A stretch of 7,617 nt of DNA. Source: a virus. Location: the IMG/VR virus record IMGVR_UViG_3300024294_000002; one strand, 5' to 3'. Positions 1-4,038 of this stretch are shown here, piece by piece. The first letter of the stretch is position 1. Each line of letters begins with the position of its first letter. A model generated the notes under the pieces. The model was not told the DNA's origin. It made no database searches and saw only the letters and a program-made list of their open reading frames with translations. A program made the position numbers and the translations under genes.

Positions 1-127
1 GGGCAAGAGGTGCGCGTCGAGTTCGGCGGCTTTGGCGTAGTTGCCCGGGTAAACCAAGCGGCCGGCCTTCTCGCCGCCCTTGGGTGTCCAAACGCAGGTA
101 TTGCCGTCCGGGTAAAGATAAGCAATC
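1..127. repeat. Terminal overlap copy 1, identical to 7491-7617; circularisation signature rather than a biological repeat
   Basis: A base-by-base comparison of the first 127 nt with the last 127 nt shows identity. The overlap lies inside the rep coding frame. Confidence 0.9.
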
Positions 128-585
128 GAGTTGCGGTAACGCTGGGATGAAATGGCGCGCATGTACGCCCTTTCATTGCCCTGCCCCACGTAGAAATTCG
201 AAGTGAGGTCAAGGCGCTGAAGTACGGCGCCGTTCGCGATGGTCGAACCGTCCTGCAAACGCTGAACACTGGTGCACCGGGTCAGGGGTGGCAAACCGTA
301 CTCAGCAAGCAGTGCATTGATCACGCGAAAGCATCCGTCAAGGCTGTCGATCCCAAACACGTTGTCTAGCCGGTTGATACGCGAAGGGTTGCCATCCACG
401 GTGATGCGGCGGCCACAAACGTGAATGCGGAACGTGGTGCAGTAGCTGCCTTCGGCGAAGAAGGCAGGAACCGAAGTCGAGAGAAGCGCCTCAGTTTCGG
501 CGTCAAAGCGGCGGGTGATGACGTCGCCGACCTGGGGGAGGTCGTAGTCATAGTCCTGATAGGCCTTGATCCAGTCGAAAAACAT
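1..585 (-). CDS. Replication initiation protein, gpII/CRI-like, N-terminal 195 codons. The full CDS is complement(join 6945..7490, 1..585) on the circle, 376 aa.
   Basis: ATG at 585-583 follows an in-frame TAG at 603-601. My translation starts MFFDWIKAYQDYDYDLPQVGDVITRRF. It contains ITVDGNPSRINRLDNVFG and LQRLDLTSNF, which resemble the Ff gpII motifs VEIKASPAKVLQGHNVFG and ISRIDATF. The ORF is missed by the track because it runs off the window edge. Confidence 0.85.
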   Translation of the reverse strand, partial: MFFDWIKAYQDYDYDLPQVGDVITRRFDAETEALLSTSVPAFFAEGSYCTTFRIHVCGRRITVDGNPSRINRLDNVFGIDSLDGCFRVINALLAEYGLPPLTRCTSVQRLQDGSTIANGAVLQRLDLTSNFYVGQGNERAYMRAISSQRYRNSIAYLYPDGNTCVWTPKGGEKAGRLVYPGNYAKAAELDAHLLP

Positions 586-604
586 GCAGCTTCTCAGCTT
601 CTAA

Positions 605-636
605 GAAATTAGTTTCTGCGCGGAAATTAGTTTCTG
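605..636. promoter_or_regulatory. Two direct 14-bp operator-like repeats GAAATTAGTTTCTG (605-618 and 623-636), each an internal GAAAnnnnTTTC inverted repeat
   Basis: The two copies are exact, 18 bp centre to centre. They lie in the 123-bp divergent region between rep and the RHH gene. Copy 2 overlaps the predicted rep -10, and copy 1 lies in the rep leader. Confidence 0.6.
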
Positions 637-652
637 AGAATCTCAAAGTCAA
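624..652 (-). promoter_or_regulatory. Candidate sigma70 promoter for the rep/structural operon
   Basis: On the minus strand I read TTGACT (652-647), a 17-nt spacer, then TAATTT (629-624). This sits about 40 nt upstream of the rep ATG. Confidence 0.5.
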
Positions 653-708
653 GGGCCTTAGAAAATAAGCCTAAAATTCGATACCAGAAAATTGACGGGA
701 GACGGTCC

Positions 709-888
709 GTGCCAACCAAGCACATTGATGATGAAACCTGGCGGAAAGTGGAGCAGGCAGCGGTTAAAGCAACCATCGCCACAAAGCGATCCGTGAAAGA
801 GACGCAGATGCTCAGATGGCTCATCCTCAAAGGGCTGGAAGAGATCACAGAGGCTGATTTTGAAAAGCTGGTGAAAGGGAAAGACTGA
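709..888 (+). CDS. Small ribbon-helix-helix (CopG/Arc-like) DNA-binding protein, 59 aa; candidate phage repressor
   Basis: GTG at 709 lies 7 nt after GGGAGA (696-701). The translation is (M)PTKHIDDETWRKVEQAAVKATIATKRSVKETQMLRWLILKGLEEITEADFEKLVKGKD. It shows a short N-terminal strand followed by two helices in the RHH pattern (KRSVKETQMLRWLI resembles g-S-r-S-e-l-i-r-e-A-l). The frame is open from 631. The ORF is below the 60-aa track cutoff. Its position divergent from rep matches repressor genes of temperate inoviruses. Confidence 0.6.
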   Translation: MPTKHIDDETWRKVEQAAVKATIATKRSVKETQMLRWLILKGLEEITEADFEKLVKGKD

Positions 889-1085
889 TGGAATGGGTGC
901 TGATCCTTCACCTACACGCCATGAACCCGAGAGAAGAAAAGGAAATGCTTTCAAGGGAGATCGAGGTAAAAGGGTTTTCAACAGAAAGAGACTGCGAGAC
1001 AGCAGGTAAGGCGGCTGGACGAGTGGCATTGGAAAAAGAAGGCCCACTGAACGGGCTGATCATTGAATGCAAAACGGCAGATTAG
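888..1085 (+). CDS. Hypothetical 65-aa protein, translationally coupled to the RHH gene
   Basis: Its ATG overlaps the RHH stop codon (cTGATGg). An AAGGGA Shine-Dalgarno-like sequence lies 7 nt upstream. I recognise no motif in the protein. Confidence 0.45.
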   Translation: MEWVLILHLHAMNPREEKEMLSREIEVKGFSTERDCETAGKAAGRVALEKEGPLNGLIIECKTAD

Positions 1086-1128
1086 TATGGGATTCCATAC
1101 CAAAGTGGGGGTGTTACAGCACCCCCAC
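1085..1128. other. Two adjacent stem-loops: GTATGG-GATT-CCATAC (1085-1100) and GTGGGGGTG-TTACAG-CACCCCCAC (1105-1128)
   Basis: The stems are perfect, 6 bp and 9 bp, and begin at the stop codon of the 65-aa ORF. Neither strand has a clear U-tract. They open the largest non-coding region (1086-1434). Confidence 0.7.
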
Positions 1129-1304
1129 CCTTCCCGGCGCCGATCCAGGCGCTGAAAAGGCATGGCTTCGCCACTGGCCGCTGCGCGCCCATCGCAAATG
1201 TGCGGGTGTGCATCACACGCATGAACGAGCATGCCAACTAGAGCGAAAAGCGGGTTGGACAGTGAAGGGGTCGGCCTTGAGGTCGAGGCCCTGGCGGAAG
1301 TCGA

Positions 1305-1397
1305 GTTGATTTATCGTTACGCGGCAGGCGTTACGGATATTCCGACGAACGGTTGATTTATCGTTACGTAACGGTGGCCTATTTATCGTTACGTAAC
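1305..1397 (+). repeat. Iteron array: three direct copies of ATTTATCGTTACG plus a partial copy
   Basis: GTTGATTTATCGTTACG occurs at 1305-1321 and 1352-1368. ATTTATCGTTACGTAAC occurs at 1356-1372 and 1381-1397. A partial GCGTTACGGATATT sits at 1328-1341. Copies 2 and 3 contain the perfect palindrome GTTACGTAAC (1363-1372 and 1388-1397). Confidence 0.9.
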
Positions 1398-1403
1398 TAT
1401 AAT
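1398..1403 (+). promoter_or_regulatory. Perfect -10 hexamer TATAAT of a candidate promoter for the 1435-2252 operon
   Basis: TATAAT directly abuts iteron 3 and lies 32 nt upstream of the ATG at 1435. The -35 is weak (TGGCCT at 1375-1380). GGAG at 1424-1427 lies 7 nt before the ATG. Confidence 0.5.
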
Positions 1404-1434
1404 TACTCCATAGCGCACGCAATGGAGCTGAGCC

Positions 1435-1668
1435 ATGAGAAACCCCGCCGAAATCTACAACATGCAAGACCTGGAACTTAACGACTCGCGCGCTAGCGCG
1501 CTGCTGCTGGCCATCGAGTCATGCAGAAAGCTGGGCGAGTGGAACGAGCTTTCGCAACGGGCCTACTGGTTCCTTGCCGCGCTATGGAACGGAAACCAGG
1601 CGAGCTGGGAGAAGTGGGAAAGCCAAGTGGCGCAAGCTCTCGATGACTGCCTGGAGCGACTAGCATGA
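1435..1668 (+). CDS. Hypothetical 77-aa helical protein, first gene of the accessory operon
   Basis: The ATG has a GGAG Shine-Dalgarno sequence at a 7-nt spacing. An ATGA overlap links it to the next gene. The antisense ORFs here are Ser/Arg/Ala-rich and look non-coding. Confidence 0.65.
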   Translation: MRNPAEIYNMQDLELNDSRASALLLAIESCRKLGEWNELSQRAYWFLAALWNGNQASWEKWESQVAQALDDCLERLA

Positions 1669-2252
1669 TCGACCCTCGAGACCCAGGAACCCAACAGCTC
1701 CAGCTGGAGCAGAAGCGCGGTCGCGGCCGTCCGGCCACCGGCCAAGCTCTCAGCAATGCAGAGCGTCAGCGCCGGTATCGTGAAGCTCAAAAAGCGCAAC
1801 GTAACGAGAATATGCACAAGGACGTTGCCGAGGGTCTGCGCGCCGAGCTGGCGAAATCCGTGGAGCGGATCGAGGAGCTTGAATCCGAGCTAAAGCGCTG
1901 GAAGAAGCTGGCAACAACAGCGGAGAGAGCCAGGCAAGTAGTGGCAGAAGAGTTAACGCAACGTAACGATAATGAGCTGATGAAGCGCGTAGAGCTGGCC
2001 GAGGCCGAGCGCGACGCCATGGGCAATGAGCTGGCCATAATCAAAGCCAGGCTAGGGAATGCCCTGGAGCGCAAAACAAACATGGGATCAGCGACCTGGA
2101 GAATCCAGCGGAAAAGAGGCCGAGGCGCCTGGAAAACGCAGGCCGGGAACTACAGGAGCGAGGCGGAAGCCGTTGAGAAGCTGATGGACATGGACCCGTG
2201 CGAAGGGGCCACGTGGCGAGTAATCGAAGTTAAATCAGAGTTCGAGGATTGA
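1665..2252 (+). CDS. 195-aa putative DNA-binding protein: AT-hook-like KRGRGRP, basic helix SNAERQRRYREAQKAQR, roughly 90-aa coiled coil, small C-terminal domain
   Basis: Translation comes from the track. The RGRGRP motif is at aa 18-23. The N-x3-Q-R-x-Y-R-E basic segment is at aa 31-40. Heptad hydrophobics follow (L62, I69, L72, L76, W79, L82 and onward). A second KRGRG is at aa 150-154. Confidence 0.7.
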   Translation: MIDPRDPGTQQLQLEQKRGRGRPATGQALSNAERQRRYREAQKAQRNENMHKDVAEGLRAELAKSVERIEELESELKRWKKLATTAERARQVVAEELTQRNDNELMKRVELAEAERDAMGNELAIIKARLGNALERKTNMGSATWRIQRKRGRGAWKTQAGNYRSEAEAVEKLMDMDPCEGATWRVIEVKSEFED

Positions 2253-2462
2253 CCGGCAGGCGTCCTGCAGAGCTGCTAGGCGGGCGTCCAGGGTGGCGCC
2301 CTCTTCATCAAGCTGCGCAACGCGGCGGCGCAACTCGCGCAACTCACCGACCAACCTCCCGTAGTCCTCGACCAAGTGTTCGACGGCGCCCTGATCGTCA
2401 CGACCAGGGGCGTAGAGGCGTGCGTTACGTAACAAATATTCGGGAAGGTCTAGGACTGGCAT
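2235..2462 (-). CDS. Hypothetical 75-aa coiled-coil protein, convergent with and overlapping the 195-aa gene by 18 bp
   Basis: ATG at 2462-2460. Third-position GC is high, as in the other phage genes. The opposite-strand ORF (2249-2683) is Arg/Pro-rich and looks like noise. I see no clear Shine-Dalgarno sequence, so the start and expression are uncertain. Confidence 0.5.
   Translation of the reverse strand: MPVLDLPEYLLRNARLYAPGRDDQGAVEHLVEDYGRLVGELRELRRRVAQLDEEGATLDARLAALQDACRSILEL
2424..2433. promoter_or_regulatory. Third copy of the perfect 10-bp palindrome GTTACGTAAC
   Basis: The match to 1363-1372 and 1388-1397 is exact. It lies 27-38 nt inside the 5' end of the 75-aa ORF and about 25 bp from the dif-like site. 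Confidence 0.6.
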
Positions 2463-2486
2463 CGCATAATGGACGTTACATTAAAT
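2459..2486 (+). other. dif-like XerC/XerD recombination site 1 (attP candidate)
   Basis: GCATCGCATAA-TGGACG-TTACATTAAAT compared with E. coli dif GGTGCGCATAA-TGTATA-TTATGTTAAAT. The XerC arm matches 8/11, the central region 3/6 and the XerD arm 9/11. Confidence 0.65.
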
Positions 2487-2525
2487 CGCGCCGGGAGCTT
2501 ACCAGCATTGTCCCGACACGATTAA

Positions 2526-2553
2526 ACGTAACGTCACGGATATTATGCGAAGC
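2526..2553 (-). other. dif-like site 2, inverted relative to site 1
   Basis: The reverse complement reads GCTTCGCATAA-TATCCG-TGACGTTACGT. The XerC arm matches 9/11 and the XerD arm 7/11. GGCATCGCATAAT (2458-2470) and ATTATGCGAAGCC (2542-2554) are complementary at 12 of 13 positions. Confidence 0.5.
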
Positions 2554-2572
2554 CTTAGGCATGGGAATGGCA

Positions 2573-3757
2573 TCACAGTGCCGCAGGCGGCGGGTTTACA
2601 AGCGGATTGTGGTTGGCGGTCTGCTGCACCGTTTCGCCGGTCGACTCGCTACGCTCGCCACCGGCAAACGGCACAGCACCTAGCACGGATTCAGTCACGC
2701 CAACAGCCCGCGGGCCTGACCAGGGCGTGACCCATTCACCATTGAACTGGCAGCGGTAATCGAGTCCGAGGCTGACAGGCTCACAGTCGGCCATGGCCAG
2801 GTAGACGACACGCTGCCCGTCACCGATCATGACAACATCGACCATGTGGCCCTGGCCAGGCTCAAGGCGCTGAATGTGCCCGGTAACACGCCAGCGTAGC
2901 GATTCCTGGGGCGCCTGGGTCTTTTCGCGGGCCTTGGTGACGGTAACAGCCTGCTGCGCAGCCTGGGGCGTTTGCGGCAGCGGATTGGTCAACGCCAGTT
3001 GCTCGACGGACTCAGGTTCCTTGACGGCGCCAAAACCACTGGCAAAAAGGCCGCTGACGTACCAGATGCCGAGCGGAAACACGATGAACGGCGCGACGAT
3101 GGAGAAGATCAGGAAAGGCGAGCGCCAGATGGTTGCCCGCTTGTCCGCCCTACTCTCGTCACCCACATCGTCAGTGTTGCTCTTAGTTGCACTCTTGTAA
3201 TAGACCCACACCTTTTCCGAGTAACTATCGAACGTCGAGCGGATGAACTGCGTTTTGGGCGGTCGCTGGCCTTTGGCGGCACCCTCATAAATATCAATGC
3301 GGAACTTGCCAGACGCGCCGACAGAATCCAACTTATGGCTCTGATACGTCTTGTCAATCAACGTCAGGCAGAAGTGAGAGAGCTGATCCAGGTCCTGCGT
3401 TACAAAAATAACGCGAGTGGTCTTGCCGTTATCACCGACCAGGTGGCCATGCTCAGCCAAGAAAGCCTTGTCCTTATGCGGAATCTTGTTAGCCGCCATG
3501 CCTTTCGGCCAGCGGCGCCAAAGTTCGTCCAGGACGGCAACGCAACCCGGCGTGAAACTATCGAACAAGTCAGCATCCTCATACCACTTGTCATGGAGCT
3601 GGTGAATCAGTCCGGGGAATTCATCATGAGCCAGTTCGGTAAGCGGAATATTCGTAAATACATGCCGCCCTTCTTTCAGCGACGGCAAAATAACGTTTTT
3701 AACTACGCTGTAACTTTTGCCGGATCGAGGCCGTCCGGTGTAGGCATCAATTGCCAT
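2573..3757 (-). CDS. zot: Zot-family / pI-like phage assembly ATPase, 394 aa
   Basis: The N-terminus MAIDAYTGRPRSGKSYSVVKNVILPSLKEGRHVFTNIPL carries a Walker A motif (GRPRSGKS). A Walker B-like VAVLDE follows. A central TM segment (SPFLIFSIVAPFIVFPLGIWYVSGLF) precedes a periplasmic C-terminal domain. This is the typical Zot (zonular occludens toxin family) layout and position. Confidence 0.93.
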   Translation of the reverse strand: MAIDAYTGRPRSGKSYSVVKNVILPSLKEGRHVFTNIPLTELAHDEFPGLIHQLHDKWYEDADLFDSFTPGCVAVLDELWRRWPKGMAANKIPHKDKAFLAEHGHLVGDNGKTTRVIFVTQDLDQLSHFCLTLIDKTYQSHKLDSVGASGKFRIDIYEGAAKGQRPPKTQFIRSTFDSYSEKVWVYYKSATKSNTDDVGDESRADKRATIWRSPFLIFSIVAPFIVFPLGIWYVSGLFASGFGAVKEPESVEQLALTNPLPQTPQAAQQAVTVTKAREKTQAPQESLRWRVTGHIQRLEPGQGHMVDVVMIGDGQRVVYLAMADCEPVSLGLDYRCQFNGEWVTPWSGPRAVGVTESVLGAVPFAGGERSESTGETVQQTANHNPLVNPPPAAL

Positions 3758-3760
3758 AGA

Positions 3761-4036
3761 TCACCCAATCAGAGGAATACGGCGCAAGAGGAAACGCGCA
3801 AGTAACGCGGCCAGGATCATTGCGACACCTTCAGCGATTGCGAATTTACCGGCAAAAAAAAGGACTGTGCTGGGTATACCGCCCATGGCGTTTTGAGCCT
3901 GATATACGAAGTCAGGCACTGGCAATGCCTCGACAAAGCCAGCCAGAGAGTCCATTAAATCCGCCCATATCTTTTTCGGCAGATACAGAAACAGGTCTTT
4001 CAGCCAATCAGCGAACTTTTCAATGTATGACCACAT
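3761..4036 (-). CDS. gVI-like minor coat / membrane protein, 91 aa
   Basis: I prefer the ATG at 4036 (MWSYIEKF...) over the track start. It lies 7 nt after GGAGG (4048-4044) and just after the gIII-like stop TAA (4041-4039). The C-terminal half is hydrophobic and ends in RRIPLIG. Its position between gIII and pI is as in other inoviruses. Confidence 0.6.
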   Translation of the reverse strand: MWSYIEKFADWLKDLFLYLPKKIWADLMDSLAGFVEALPVPDFVYQAQNAMGGIPSTVLFFAGKFAIAEGVAMILAALLARFLLRRIPLIG

Positions 4037-4038
4037 AG

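Noticed and set aside
1-127. Terminal 127-bp direct repeat read as prophage att sites, LTRs or a biological terminal redundancy
   Set aside because: The repeat lies inside the rep ORF and simply closes the reading frame. Inoviruses have circular ssDNA genomes. Its length and position fit an assembly overlap of a circular contig.
627-1047. Minus-strand ORFs 627-911 (94 aa) and 658-1047 (129 aa)
   Set aside because: Their composition is Ser/Phe/Pro/Leu-rich and looks like noise, with no Shine-Dalgarno sequence. The plus strand here gives an RHH-fold protein with a Shine-Dalgarno sequence and a coupled downstream ORF, which explains the region better.
709-1085. Calling the RHH plus 65-aa pair a toxin-antitoxin system
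   Set aside because: Only the gene arrangement supports it. The downstream protein is very small and shows no toxin family motif I can recognise. I keep it as a low-confidence hypothesis and do not list it as a feature.
1305-1397. Iteron array as a possible mini CRISPR array
   Set aside because: There are only three short copies (13-17 bp) with unequal 8- to 34-bp gaps. The repeats have no CRISPR-like length, and there are no cas genes. The array lies in a promoter or origin context.
978-1467. ORFs 978-1232(-), 1067-1309(+) and 1213-1467(-) across the large intergenic region
   Set aside because: They run through hairpins and iterons; for example VTINR...VTINQ simply mirrors the DNA repeats. 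They lack ribosome-binding sites and have odd compositions. I treat the region as non-coding origin or regulatory DNA.
1493-2083. Minus-strand ORFs 1493-1756, 1563-1817 and 1787-2083
   Set aside because: They are antisense to the 77-aa and 195-aa genes. Those genes have a promoter, a Shine-Dalgarno sequence, ATGA coupling and coiled-coil periodicity. The antisense products are Ser/Ala/Arg-rich low-complexity strings.
2249-2730. Plus-strand ORFs 2249-2683 (144 aa) and 2545-2730
   Set aside because: They are extremely Arg/Pro/Gly-rich and span the attP region and the zot 3' end. This fits an out-of-frame reading of GC-rich DNA.
2972-3805. 277-aa ORF on the plus strand, the second-longest ORF in the window
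   Set aside because: It is entirely antisense to the Zot/pI gene, whose Walker A/B motifs and TM layout are clear. The protein is Arg/Asp/Gln-rich with no motif. This is a typical shadow ORF in GC-rich coding DNA.
3854-3861. A8/T8 homopolymer inside the gVI-like gene as a phase-variation switch
   Set aside because: It is a single 8-nt run encoding FF in a hydrophobic segment. Nothing suggests that alternative frames yield products, so it is probably incidental.
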